A stretch of DNA of 64,000 bases from a virus (Duplodnaviria; Caudoviricetes). How positions within the stretch are numbered: position 1 is the stretch's first letter; every line of letters starts with the position of its first letter. The stretch lies in IMG/VR virus record IMGVR_UViG_3300028888_000001; one strand, given 5' to 3'. Under the pieces are notes generated by a model. That model was not told where the DNA came from. It searched no databases and saw nothing but the letters and a program-made list of their open reading frames with translations. The translations under genes were made by a program, and so were the position numbers. Positions 17,985 through 28,290 of the stretch are shown in pieces.

Positions 17985-19655
17985 TTATTTTTGCTGATTA
18001 TTATTCTGAGCTTGATCAGTTGCACCTTGCGGATTATTACCAGCTTCTTCTTTATTATTCTCATCTTGTTTAGGTGAGGTTCCATCATATGATTTTACGT
18101 GAGCTGTAACCATATCCATGAAATCTTTACTAATCTGCTGAATAGCCGTAAGCTTACCGGTACAAAACGCTCTACAAACATCGATCCATTTTTTAGTGAT
18201 ATTATTCATATCCTGATCGGCTGTTTTAACTTTCTCTTTTTTCTGTTCTTTATCTTTTGAGCCGTTGCCATCAGAATCACCATCTGCTGTATTTGTAATA
18301 GTAACGCCAGAAGCATCAGCTGGTTTATCATTATCATCTCCGCCTTTTTCATCGGCCTCATTCAAGCTAATCCAATCACTTGAGGAATCATAATATGCTG
18401 ACTCCTGAGTATTTATTTGACCACCAGTACTACCGGTGTCGCCGTTATCAGTATTTTGTCCAGTTGCTGGTTTAGCAGCAGATTGTGCTGTGGGATTTTC
18501 TGTTTGATTAGTTTGAGTCTTTTCTCCGTTCTCTCTATTGACTTCATTGATAGCGTTAATAATTGCATTTCTAGATTGGCCTAGATTTGCTCTATCACGT
18601 TTAACGACATTAGCAAGATTCTGATAATTATATAACCAATCATAAATAGTTTGCATTTTTATTCCATAATTTGAAAGCTTAACGGTACTTTCAACTGGAT
18701 TATTTAGATCGGTTACGCCCATGAAAAACTTTTTAAAATCTTTAGCGACATCATCGCCTTCATTATATTGGAAATTCTTACCAGACATGAAAATATCCAA
18801 TATAGGCTTATAACCATCGGCTCTAAGGGCGTCAGCGTGGGCCTCATAATTAAATGGTATCATTTGAATATTTTGGCATCTGGACATCCCTTCAGCATAA
18901 TCACCGGTATACGTTATCTGAATTGTATCTTTGGGCTCTTTATTAAGAATAATATCTTTATATTTTTCTAGATATTTTCTTTTAGAATTTGAGATATTAT
19001 CTATAGCTTTCCAGAATCTATCTAAGATTTTATCCACAAACTGCATGAATCCATCGAATTTTTTAGCTACTGTATCTCTAAGCTGCTCAGCCTCATTCAA
19101 CACCTGAACAGATTCATTGATTCTATTAAAGATAAAATCTTTAATGATAAATTCGTTATCTATACAATCGGACAAATACTGTTCATAAGCTTCAGAATAT
19201 AGATAAGAATCATCGTCCATAGAATAAATATGACTCTCCATCTTATTCATTATAGGATCACCAGACTGATTAACTTTTAAATCAGTAGATGTATCAGGAC
19301 CGTCTGCATCGCCAGTTGGTAGTTTGGTATCTTCAGCACCATCTTCTCTCTTGAAGTAATAGTCTTTAGCTTTAATACCTCCAAGGCGTTGCTGTCTTGT
19401 AGCTCTAGTTATAGATTTTCTAATCTCAGTGGCGCCCATCTTTAAAATAGGCCCAGCTGCAATTTCATCTTTGCCATCTACTATATTTTTTGCGTAATCT
19501 ACTTCTGAACTGCTATGATCGTGGGTGCTTTGCCCTTGTTGTTCTCCGCTATCTATCGCTCCAGATGCTAAGTCATCACCTTCAGAAATCAGATCTAATG
19601 AAGCTTTTGCTCCTTCACTAAATCCAGATTCCAAATAATCAATATCGAGAATCAC
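17985..19655 (-). CDS. Probable virion (internal head) protein, paralogue family
   Basis: ORF 17985..19688. The GGAGG RBS favours the GTG at 19655. LNE-A is followed by the amphipathic helix and KYLEKYK. Confidence 0.6.
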   Translation of the reverse strand: MILDIDYLESGFSEGAKASLDLISEGDDLASGAIDSGEQQGQSTHDHSSSEVDYAKNIVDGKDEIAAGPILKMGATEIRKSITRATRQQRLGGIKAKDYYFKREDGAEDTKLPTGDADGPDTSTDLKVNQSGDPIMNKMESHIYSMDDDSYLYSEAYEQYLSDCIDNEFIIKDFIFNRINESVQVLNEAEQLRDTVAKKFDGFMQFVDKILDRFWKAIDNISNSKRKYLEKYKDIILNKEPKDTIQITYTGDYAEGMSRCQNIQMIPFNYEAHADALRADGYKPILDIFMSGKNFQYNEGDDVAKDFKKFFMGVTDLNNPVESTVKLSNYGIKMQTIYDWLYNYQNLANVVKRDRANLGQSRNAIINAINEVNRENGEKTQTNQTENPTAQSAAKPATGQNTDNGDTGSTGGQINTQESAYYDSSSDWISLNEADEKGGDDNDKPADASGVTITNTADGDSDGNGSKDKEQKKEKVKTADQDMNNITKKWIDVCRAFCTGKLTAIQQISKDFMDMVTAHVKSYDGTSPKQDENNKEEAGNNPQGATDQAQNNNQQK

Positions 19656-19671
19656 ATTTATCCCTCCTTTA

Positions 19672-20817
19672 TTATTTTCTAGCATCATAATATGAAGTTG
19701 GATTATCTAATACTTGTATTGCGTCATACAAACAAGTTCTATATTGCATATACATGTCTTTGATAGCATCCATCTTTGCTGTCATAGCCATGATAATAAT
19801 GTCGGTGTATTTATGCATTTGATCTACTTTTGCTTTGCAGTAAATATCTAAGTTTAGCATCATATCTGACGACATCATCATACCTGATTTGTCAACGTCT
19901 TTTCCATCGATCTTCTCAAGACCAATATCTCCAGGCAGAAGAGATGTAAAAGCTCCGATAGTGAGACCATTGTTATTCTTAGATATAGTAGAAATCTTCT
20001 TAAGAATACCATTAAGAGAATCCTCAATAATCTTATAGTCTTCCTTAAGAGATTTCTTAAATTCATCAAAGCCGAACCATACTTCAGCCATCTTCTTAAT
20101 ATCAGTCTCACATATATCTAACTCTTCAAAGCCATTATTGTTTCTATAAATTAAATATAGCTTACGTGCGAATTCTTGTTCAGAGATATTCTCATCATTT
20201 ATATTAAGAATATGAGCCCTAAACTTCTTATAGTCTTCCTCTAATCTTGAAGTTGGTACAGTATTATGAATGCTATCTGCATTTAGATCTGTAATTTGAG
20301 GATTGTATAAATCGTCAAATAAAGAAGCATTAAAATCATCCAGAGCTCTAATATTGGGGATAGAGCTGTCTATAGTAAATCTGTTAAGCTCTCTATCATC
20401 GCATTGATAAGTTTTCAGCTCTTCCAGTAAAGCTTTCTTATGCTCTGTGATAACTTTATTCTCTTTAATAAAACTCTCCATTGTAGAGCAAAAACTATCT
20501 ATCTTATCTTTAATAAATTTAAGAGCTTTCTGTACTATAGCATCAACTTGCACGTAATAATCTGTAAAGCTTTCTAATAGCATAGTATTAGACTCTGCTA
20601 CAGCCATGCTCTTGTATAGCTTAATTTTAGAATTAGTAAATGATTCGTTGACTTTCTTCAAAAATTGTATAGAGCTATAGAAATAGCTCTCATCCATATT
20701 TACCTTGGACAGAGCATCTAAACTTACAGTCTGCTGTTTATCTATTTCGTCCATGTCTAATATATCAAAACTAGCGCTTAATAAACTATTTGTTGGTACA
20801 AAACTATCCATGCTCAT
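19672..20817 (-). CDS. Probable virion (internal head) protein, paralogue family
   Basis: 381 aa with LLE-S plus the amphipathic helix. Late motif at 20858-20871. Confidence 0.6.
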   Translation of the reverse strand: MSMDSFVPTNSLLSASFDILDMDEIDKQQTVSLDALSKVNMDESYFYSSIQFLKKVNESFTNSKIKLYKSMAVAESNTMLLESFTDYYVQVDAIVQKALKFIKDKIDSFCSTMESFIKENKVITEHKKALLEELKTYQCDDRELNRFTIDSSIPNIRALDDFNASLFDDLYNPQITDLNADSIHNTVPTSRLEEDYKKFRAHILNINDENISEQEFARKLYLIYRNNNGFEELDICETDIKKMAEVWFGFDEFKKSLKEDYKIIEDSLNGILKKISTISKNNNGLTIGAFTSLLPGDIGLEKIDGKDVDKSGMMMSSDMMLNLDIYCKAKVDQMHKYTDIIIMAMTAKMDAIKDMYMQYRTCLYDAIQVLDNPTSYYDARK

Positions 20818-20884
20818 GTAGGATTACTCCTTTCGATTTTATATATCAAATTAAACAATTATCAAGATGTCCGAGAAATATAAA

Positions 20885-20995
20885 CAAAAAATAATGGCCA
20901 AGGGATAACCCTTGGCCATATTTAGAGTGCATATCGCTAAAGTTACAAGTAAAGAAAACAACGACCAGTCCTAAATCCTAGCCATCGCCCTCTTT
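20885..20995 (-). ncRNA. Candidate late small RNA 1
   Basis: Perfect late motif AACA-taattg-TAAA (20993-21006), about 110 nt without a meaningful ORF, then a hairpin (20894-20919) and T-tract. Confidence 0.45.
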
Positions 20996-21011
20996 ACAAT
21001 TATGTTAAAGT

Positions 21012-21120
21012 GAAAACCCCGGAGGCTATCAACCTCCGGGATGTTCAAAAGGAGAAACAAAGATGAAACTCAAACAAAACTATGATGTGAATCAAAGCGG
21101 GGTCCACCAATCTCCGCTTT
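21012..21120 (-). ncRNA. Candidate late small RNA 2 (contains anti-SD UUUCUCCUUUU)
   Basis: Near-consensus motif TACA-taagaa-TAAA (21118-21131), a 5' hairpin, then a terminator hairpin (21018-21040) and T-tract. Confidence 0.4.
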
Positions 21121-21152
21121 ATTCTTATGTACTATATAATGTAGAATTTTAT

Positions 21153-21434
21153 TTATTTTAACCTTCTTACAGTAATACGAACAGCATATGCTTCATTGTT
21201 TACTTTAACAATTTTTTCTTTGGCTACCCCATCAAAATTATAATTATTGTCATTATCAGAAAGATCCATAATATTATAATTAGGATCACTGCTTACGACA
21301 CCTCCTAGGGTATCTTCAAAATCAAAATCGGATGTTTCTGTTGTATCAATAGTTTCGCCTTTAGCGATAGATACATGATCTCCAACTTCACTTTCAGTAA
21401 AAACGCTTTGAACAATAGCATCGATATCAATCAT
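21153..21434 (-). CDS. Small acidic hypothetical (probable virion) protein
   Basis: 93 aa with an AAGGAGG RBS and an FTE-S motif. Confidence 0.65.
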   Translation of the reverse strand: MIDIDAIVQSVFTESEVGDHVSIAKGETIDTTETSDFDFEDTLGGVVSSDPNYNIMDLSDNDNNYNFDGVAKEKIVKVNNEAYAVRITVRRLK

Positions 21435-21449
21435 AATAATTTTCCTCCT

Positions 21450-23054
21450 TTAGATATTATCATACCTATTAAATCTATTACTTGTAAGTTTAGAATTTCC
21501 TATAGTATTAGACAGAATATCATATAGCATCTTATCAGCAAGATGCTTACATATATCTGGATCTGATACTCCTTTAGATAAGCTTGTAGCTTTAGCTATA
21601 TTATTCTCACAAGCTTTAATATCTTGCTGTATCATAGCTTTCATCTTAGGATCTAGACTCATTTTACCTAACTCAGCTTTCAGTAATTGAATCTGAGATA
21701 GCTGTAAAGATATACCTGTAGGGCTAGGATCGTAGATATTATTCAATATTTTAGCCGGTGCTGAAATAAGATCAAAAAGAATCCCTACAAATGGAGCTTT
21801 CTTAGTTAGCTTACTTATAGCAGAATTAGTTTTGACCTTATTAGCGTAGCTTATATAATCAGAACCATAGCCATACATCGTACAGAAAGCTGATGCCGAT
21901 TCTTCTTTATCATATCCTATAGGCATCATTATCCAAGTTAATGGATTTTTACTACGTCTAATAAACGACGTAAATGGTAAAAATAATTCAAGAGAAGCTT
22001 GCTTAATGAAGCTACTAATATTAAGAGCTTTATCTTTATTGCTCAAGCTCCAGGTTAGAAGAGAATCAAATGTATTAAGTACTGGAGCTCCTATCTTGTC
22101 TAATGCTACTTTAAGATATGAGAAGAATATATTAATTGGGGTATTAAAGCTTTCATTATTTTCATAGCCATATTGTAATTGGTCTATGGTGTTCTTATAC
22201 TCTTGTGATTGAGTAAAATCGGTTATAAATGGAAATGCCGTCATTCCCAATCCAGCAAGCTTAATGGATTTATTAATAAGCCCTACAATACCACCAGCTT
22301 TAATGAAATGCTCTTCATACTCTTTAGTACCAAATTCTTCTCTAGTTGGTAGCACTTTTGCATTTACAAGAGTCTGAACTGTATTATTATATTCTTCTTG
22401 GCTTATATTATCTGGCACTATTGCTTTCATAAAATTAGCAACAAACTCATCATAGTTTTGAGATAGAAGATTTATCTGATGATCTTTTATAGCTTTACCG
22501 ATGCCTTTAGCTTGGTTATAAGCATGCACAACAGAAGTTATAATATTGCATATGGAAGCAGCACCATATATATTATTTAATATAGCACTACCGCCATACA
22601 TACAAGCGTAAAAGCTATGGCCTATCTCACGTACTATAGCGGCCATTATTTCATCATTTGTAAATACTTCTGGATTGAATAATAGAGCTGAAGAAATATT
22701 TATAAGACAAATATAACCAGCCTCTTTATTAAACCTATATGTATTTTTATTGACAATGAAATTCTTGTCTTTATTGTTGGTAAAATTAAATCCGATTGGA
22801 ACTGTAATAACCCATGGGTCTATATCATAAACTATATTTAACGCAAAGCAGCCAAATCCATAAAAGTTTTCTATGTAACGATTAAACTTAATCATAGATT
22901 TATCTATATTTGCTTTAAAGACATCTGATGGATTATTAGCATATTTTAGTCTTATGACGCCTAAACATTCTTGAGCTTTATTTAATTCTGGAGATCTGCC
23001 AAAATAAAGCTCATTATATGGCATGAGCTTAGATACTATTTTATCCATTGGCAA
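21450..23054 (-). CDS. Zincin (M48-like) fold virion protein with a degenerate HExxH
   Basis: EIMAAIVREIGHSF plus the downstream EESASAFCTMYGYG. TTG start with a GAGGAGG RBS. Confidence 0.55.
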   Translation of the reverse strand: MPMDKIVSKLMPYNELYFGRSPELNKAQECLGVIRLKYANNPSDVFKANIDKSMIKFNRYIENFYGFGCFALNIVYDIDPWVITVPIGFNFTNNKDKNFIVNKNTYRFNKEAGYICLINISSALLFNPEVFTNDEIMAAIVREIGHSFYACMYGGSAILNNIYGAASICNIITSVVHAYNQAKGIGKAIKDHQINLLSQNYDEFVANFMKAIVPDNISQEEYNNTVQTLVNAKVLPTREEFGTKEYEEHFIKAGGIVGLINKSIKLAGLGMTAFPFITDFTQSQEYKNTIDQLQYGYENNESFNTPINIFFSYLKVALDKIGAPVLNTFDSLLTWSLSNKDKALNISSFIKQASLELFLPFTSFIRRSKNPLTWIMMPIGYDKEESASAFCTMYGYGSDYISYANKVKTNSAISKLTKKAPFVGILFDLISAPAKILNNIYDPSPTGISLQLSQIQLLKAELGKMSLDPKMKAMIQQDIKACENNIAKATSLSKGVSDPDICKHLADKMLYDILSNTIGNSKLTSNRFNRYDNI

Positions 23055-23086
23055 TTTAAACCTCCTCTAGAGAATTAACTAAAAAC

Positions 23087-23113
23087 ACAGGGATGGCATT
23101 TAGCCATCCCTGT
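23087..23113 (-). terminator. Intrinsic terminator
   Basis: ACAGGGATGGC...GCCATCCCTGT with a T-tract on the minus strand. Confidence 0.75.
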
Positions 23114-23144
23114 ATCATATACAATATAACTCGCTAAAGGATAA

Positions 23145-23651
23145 TCAAAGATTACCAAAAATATCATTGAGCATGCCGTCGATATCAGCAGCTTCAGCGA
23201 CAGTGCGAGCCTTAATCTTAGCAGACTCTTGAAGCTTCTTAGCTCTAGCACGAGCTACAGACTCTTTATAGATCTTATTAATCTGGTTCTTGCTAGCGGC
23301 AATAACACGAGCTACAGACTCAGTATAGATACCACGAAGCTCATCAGAGGTAAGAACTGCACCTTCAGTAGCAGCAGCGGTTTCTGCACCAGCGCCAACA
23401 TGCGTCTGGATATCACCAAGCTGGGTATCGATAGAACCATCAGCCTTAACATCGCTCATCTCAACGCCCTGAGAATAGCAATCATCATCATATGTAAGCT
23501 TATCAGGATCGTTAGAAACATCTCCATCCTTAACAACGTCAGATGCGATGCTGGTATCTCCTACTCCCTGTGCATCTCCACCCATAGCGGAATCGATAAC
23601 ATCTTCAACATTATCTTCTGCACCTTCAAGAATACTTTCAAACCAATTCAT
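23145..23651 (-). CDS. Acidic probable head/scaffold-type protein
   Basis: 168 aa with repeated xxE-S/A motifs (YTESVARV, YKESVARA, LQESAK). Confidence 0.6.
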   Translation of the reverse strand: MNWFESILEGAEDNVEDVIDSAMGGDAQGVGDTSIASDVVKDGDVSNDPDKLTYDDDCYSQGVEMSDVKADGSIDTQLGDIQTHVGAGAETAAATEGAVLTSDELRGIYTESVARVIAASKNQINKIYKESVARARAKKLQESAKIKARTVAEAADIDGMLNDIFGNL

Positions 23652-23675
23652 TATAAATGACCTCCTATTAAGATT

Positions 23676-24656
23676 TTACGAAATTTTCTGCAAGGCAGTG
23701 ATACATATTTGTTTAGCTTGAATATTCATTTTATCTAAATATTCAATCATAATACCAATAGCAGAAATAACATCATTTGTAGCCATCCTAGTATAATTGT
23801 TTAGCATGACACATTGATGTATTAGTGCTTTTGCATTATCTGTCTTGTAAGATTCGAATTTCTTTTTAAGTTTCTCTATTTCTTTTAACTCTACTGCAAG
23901 AGTCTTGGATGCTGATGAATTTAATTTCTTGATAATTGAAGATAGACCATCATATTGCTCAAGAAATTCAACTGCAGCATCTGTGTTGTATATGCGTTTT
24001 TTACGATCACCGAATAGAGCATCATTTAATGCTCTAGCGAAAGTGGTATCGGTAACATCAAGACGGTACCGATTATTGTAATTAAGCTTATCTAAGATTT
24101 TATTTCTTTGTCCAACAATCCAAGAACCATATACATCTAATTCACTGAGATTAAGCACTTGTTCAGCTCTGGTTAGATTCATGAGTCTTTCATAACAATC
24201 AATAACTTGATCATTAGCGAATCTTGCTGTTGTTTCAAGATTAAACATGTTGTCCATGCTATAACCATTATATTTAACATACTTGTCTCTATTAGATAAA
24301 GATATGATTCTAAGCTTATATTTCTTAAGAAACTCTTGATTATTAAGATAAATATCTCTGGCTGAAGCGATGAATTTTTTGGTAATCCCAAAAATGATTT
24401 CTAATACTCGCATTAGAAGCTTTGATAACGCAGACAATAATTTACGCACGCCAGAGAATAAATTTCTATCGCTAAATGCCCCTACAGTATCATCCTTGAA
24501 GTCGAATATATCATATTCAAGCATGATATGAGCATTGATAGTTTCGATAAAATTTCTCTGGCTTTCTGCATATAGTATTGCTGTATCTGTAGATAGATCA
24601 TATGGGGTCGCTTCAGTTGACTCATATAAAACTTTTATCTTTTGTTCTAAAGTCAA
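23676..24656 (-). CDS. Probable virion (internal head) protein, paralogue family
   Basis: ORF 23676..24689. The GGAGG RBS favours the TTG at 24656. Amphipathic helix and NQEFLKKYK. Late motif at 24682-24695. Confidence 0.6.
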   Translation of the reverse strand: MTLEQKIKVLYESTEATPYDLSTDTAILYAESQRNFIETINAHIMLEYDIFDFKDDTVGAFSDRNLFSGVRKLLSALSKLLMRVLEIIFGITKKFIASARDIYLNNQEFLKKYKLRIISLSNRDKYVKYNGYSMDNMFNLETTARFANDQVIDCYERLMNLTRAEQVLNLSELDVYGSWIVGQRNKILDKLNYNNRYRLDVTDTTFARALNDALFGDRKKRIYNTDAAVEFLEQYDGLSSIIKKLNSSASKTLAVELKEIEKLKKKFESYKTDNAKALIHQCVMLNNYTRMATNDVISAIGIMIEYLDKMNIQAKQICITALQKIS

Positions 24657-24773
24657 CTTATAGATACCTCCTTTAATTTTTATTACCAAAATGTTTTGGT
24701 AAAATAAGGCTTAACCATATAAAAGCTAAGCCTTATAATAACTTAAAGGAGAGTTTAAAACCATGAGTATCTA

Positions 24774-25934
24774 TTAAGCAAACCTAATGGACTCAAGAAT
24801 GCTATTAAGATCCATATCATTAAACTTAGCAGATTCAGCAGCAGCGGCAGGTGCAGCAGCTCCACCATTATTGCCCTTTAAGGCATCTTTACCTCTTTGA
24901 ACAGCGCCATCTACTTTATCTTTAGCGTCATTAACGCGAGAAGCAAGTGCCTGCTTGCAGAGGGTTCTATTCTGTGCCATCTCGTTCTTAAGAGCATTAA
25001 TATATGCCGTGCAAAGTTCTTTACACATATCGGCAACGTACTTAACAAGATTTGCCTTAAGCTGCGGAGACTGAGTCTGCACGTTCACAGTTTTCTTAAA
25101 CTTATCGATAGCTGCAGTAGCTCTAGCTTGAATCTTCTCTGCGCCAGTTGTCTTTTTGCCAAATTCTTGAAGACCTTCGAATGCAACTTTTACTGTGCGT
25201 TCTATTGACTCTGTTCTTATTAATTTGTCAATGACAGACTTTGCGCTTTCTGCTCCAAAAAGCTCTTGAAGAAGATCTTTCTGAAGAGATTCTGCACTTG
25301 GATTAGAGCCAGCTTTAGCATCAATCAGCTTATCCATAGCGCTTTCGCAACCTTCGAGCTTGCCGATTGCTTTTTCAACTCCATCTTTATCGATAATAAC
25401 AGCTTCTTCAATTTTAAAGCTCTTATCTTTCATACCGAGCAGCGCAACTTTATATTTAGCGATGAATGCTTTATTAGCTACGTCAAAACTCTTGAACTTC
25501 TCAACTGCAGCTTTCCACAGTTTAAGAATGGTCTGCTTAATCTTCTCAAGAATCTCTTGGACTCTCTTGACGAAATTAGCACCAGCAGCCTTTGCTGCTT
25601 CTTTAGCTTCACCAGCTTTATTCTTAGCGGCGGCCATTGCATTGGAGGCTTTGTCTTTTAAAGACGCTTTCTCTGCAGCGCTGTCTCCATCTTCTTCGCC
25701 TTCTGCGGCTTCAGAGAAGTTAAGCAGCATACCGTACTTATCATAGTACTTAAGCTCAGCAATACCAACCTGCTCCATAAGAGCATTCCATGCCATCTCG
25801 GTTTCAGCAGCATAAATCATAGCTGCACCTTCACCGAAACCATATTCAGATGGAGCAACTTTCTCGCATTCTTCGTTAAACTTTCTAACGAGCATTTCCT
25901 CCTGAAGAGGATCGTTAATAGCAGTTTTAATCAT
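24774..25934 (-). CDS. Probable abundant virion (internal head) protein, paralogue family
   Basis: 386 aa, A/K-rich. FSE-AAEG followed by ILEKIKQTILKLWK...NKAFIAKYK. Confidence 0.65.
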   Translation of the reverse strand: MIKTAINDPLQEEMLVRKFNEECEKVAPSEYGFGEGAAMIYAAETEMAWNALMEQVGIAELKYYDKYGMLLNFSEAAEGEEDGDSAAEKASLKDKASNAMAAAKNKAGEAKEAAKAAGANFVKRVQEILEKIKQTILKLWKAAVEKFKSFDVANKAFIAKYKVALLGMKDKSFKIEEAVIIDKDGVEKAIGKLEGCESAMDKLIDAKAGSNPSAESLQKDLLQELFGAESAKSVIDKLIRTESIERTVKVAFEGLQEFGKKTTGAEKIQARATAAIDKFKKTVNVQTQSPQLKANLVKYVADMCKELCTAYINALKNEMAQNRTLCKQALASRVNDAKDKVDGAVQRGKDALKGNNGGAAAPAAAAESAKFNDMDLNSILESIRFA

Positions 25935-25958
25935 TATTATATTTCCTCCTCTTCTATA

Positions 25959-27011
25959 TTAAAACAGTGGCTGAGACATAGACTCCATAAGTTTAGCCTG
26001 TGACTCATTATGGGATTCAAATGTCGGCACGCGCTCTGGTCCCTTATACATGAGATTCTCAACCGTGCAACCAGTGATAACGCACTCAAGCATATTATCA
26101 ACATCCATTTCAGCCTGCTGAATAGCAAACTCGATGAGGCTAGCTTCACCTTTAGGAGATGCAAGGCAAGCTGTAAGTGCTTTACGCATAGTGCTATAAT
26201 ACTTTCTCATAGCTTGCTGTCTTACAGAAAGCCAATTAAGGCAAATGGTTCTGTAATTCTTATAGCTATTATAAACGTCAAGAGTTTCCTGAGCGCCTTC
26301 TGTACCTTTTGCCATTTTAGCTTGTTTACGATACCCAGCAGCTTTCTTATTAAGGTCTCTCTTGTAATTGACTGCTTCTTTGGCATACTTAGCAAGCCCA
26401 TTACGAGCGTCGCCGTTACCACCAAAAAATCTTTCTACCGTAGCAAATACAGAATCTGCTTTTACGTCTTTTTTCTTCTCTCCAATGAAGTAATCTACAG
26501 TTCTTTTAAGCTTCTGAACGTCCTCGCTTGTATATCTGCGAGTTTCAAGCCATGCTGGAACGGTATCTTTAGCATCAGAAGTTGTAAATGGAGATTTTTC
26601 ATACCATTCTCCAATGGTAATATTAGAAAGATTCTCTCTCTTAACGTCTTTAATTCTCTTTTTAAGAGATTCATAGTCGGAAGTAAGAATCTTGTTAAAC
26701 TGAGCTACAGCTGCAGCGACAGCCTGATTGAACTTTTCACCAAGCCATTCAAGACCAGCAGCAACTTTTTCCATAATGGACTTAAATGCTCCGGATGCCA
26801 TTCTAGCAGCATTCTGAGCTTTATCTTTAACGCTTTCTTTGTTATTATCACCTTCAGCTGCTTCATTAAGCTTAATCTCAATTGCGTCAAGCTTAAGCAT
26901 AGCCTTAAGCATGTTCATATCAGATTCACATGCTTCTAGCATAGCTCCGCCAATGCCGCTATACATTTCAGCAACCGGTTTAAGATTACTATCGAAACTA
27001 GCATAAATCAT
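25959..27011 (-). CDS. Probable virion (internal head) protein, paralogue family
   Basis: 350 aa with LNE-AAEG like its neighbour. Late motif at 27065-27078. Confidence 0.65.
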   Translation of the reverse strand: MIYASFDSNLKPVAEMYSGIGGAMLEACESDMNMLKAMLKLDAIEIKLNEAAEGDNNKESVKDKAQNAARMASGAFKSIMEKVAAGLEWLGEKFNQAVAAAVAQFNKILTSDYESLKKRIKDVKRENLSNITIGEWYEKSPFTTSDAKDTVPAWLETRRYTSEDVQKLKRTVDYFIGEKKKDVKADSVFATVERFFGGNGDARNGLAKYAKEAVNYKRDLNKKAAGYRKQAKMAKGTEGAQETLDVYNSYKNYRTICLNWLSVRQQAMRKYYSTMRKALTACLASPKGEASLIEFAIQQAEMDVDNMLECVITGCTVENLMYKGPERVPTFESHNESQAKLMESMSQPLF

Positions 27012-27093
27012 AACGGTTTAAACCTCCTATAATTTTTCTTTTATACTTTGTACAAAATATAAAATTTACATTAATGTTTTTAGAATACTTGAT

Positions 27094-28269
27094 TTAAAAC
27101 AATGCAGCATTAGCTGAGTCTGGTATAGACTGTATCACATCGCTATAAACAAACTTTGTTTTACTATCTTTGTCTAAATCTTTAGCTGCTTTAGACTCTG
27201 CCGTTCTATCAGAGACATTAAGCTTATCAGAAAGCTTGTTAAAGAACTGAGCTACACGATTTTGTTTTTCAGCGATAGTCTTTCTTTCTGTTTCATCTCT
27301 AGTGAGATTGTTTTCTACATTATATGCATTCATAACTAAAAGCGCAGATTGAGCATCAAAATAATCAGACGCTTTAGTTCTAGCATAGTAGAAATAATAT
27401 ATAAGTTCTTTAATAATAATTATTAAAAGAACCAGTCCAAATACAACAGTAACTGCTCCAGTTATTATCGGATGAGCAACTGCCGCTTTACCAATTGTAG
27501 TAATTGCTGCACCAATAGTATCAGCAGGAGCTATAATTGGAATCGGAGCTTCTGTCACAACTTCAGCAGATTCATGCTTCTTAGCAAAATTGAATATCAA
27601 ACTATTTTTGATAGCATATTCCATAGTCTGATCAAATTTACCATTTGCGCATAGCTTATTAAAATGGACTAGATTTTTATATAGAATTTTCTGATCACCT
27701 TTAAGACGAGAAGCCTTATCAAATGCGATATTGAAACCCTTATTCTCAGGAAGCTTGATAAATTCAATACTAGATGAAATCATCAAAGATACTGCAGATA
27801 CTATGCTTAGAGCTAGAGTGTTATAAGACATAATAACCATGTCTACATTGCCTCTAAAGCCACGCATAAATAATTCTTTACGATCAACCATATTCTGTAG
27901 TGCTATAGATACTGTATCAACTAGAGAAGTTGGTTGTCTATAATTTGTCAAAATATCTGCAATAACTGAGATACAATCACTAAGCTCTTCATACTTATCT
28001 ATCTTTGTAATATCACCTTTAGAAAGTGGAATATTACCAAAATCTACATCGTCTACTTTAGAGACAATATGAGAATAGAGCTTACTAGCAAGAGCTTGCA
28101 TCATCATATTCTGATCTGCTTCGTTTACCGTAAGAAGAATTTTTCTTGTCATTTCATCTTTAGTATTGAAATATGACATGCATTCATTAAATTCTTTAGA
28201 CCTATAAATAGAGGAGTAGTCTACTGCTCTAGTATTGGAGGCCTCGTCTATCATATAAAAATCATACAT
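27094..28269 (-). CDS. Probable virion structural protein with a transmembrane-like segment
   Basis: 391 aa with the hydrophobic stretch IITGAVTVVFGLVLLIIII. Confidence 0.6.
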   Translation of the reverse strand: MYDFYMIDEASNTRAVDYSSIYRSKEFNECMSYFNTKDEMTRKILLTVNEADQNMMMQALASKLYSHIVSKVDDVDFGNIPLSKGDITKIDKYEELSDCISVIADILTNYRQPTSLVDTVSIALQNMVDRKELFMRGFRGNVDMVIMSYNTLALSIVSAVSLMISSSIEFIKLPENKGFNIAFDKASRLKGDQKILYKNLVHFNKLCANGKFDQTMEYAIKNSLIFNFAKKHESAEVVTEAPIPIIAPADTIGAAITTIGKAAVAHPIITGAVTVVFGLVLLIIIIKELIYYFYYARTKASDYFDAQSALLVMNAYNVENNLTRDETERKTIAEKQNRVAQFFNKLSDKLNVSDRTAESKAAKDLDKDSKTKFVYSDVIQSIPDSANAALF

Positions 28270-28290
28270 TTAGATTGGAACCTCCTTTCA

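Noticed and set aside
23508-23519. ATCGTTAGAAAC, an 11/12 match to the cassette junction site
   Set aside because: It lies inside an ordinary gene (codes VSND) and lacks the spacer, hairpin and DLE continuation. It is probably chance, though worth rechecking in junction reads.
26010-26939. 309-aa plus-strand ORF, and similar antisense ORFs such as 53422-54132 and those at 60-63.5 kb
   Set aside because: These are antisense or out-of-frame shadows of well-supported genes, with no RBS and atypical composition.
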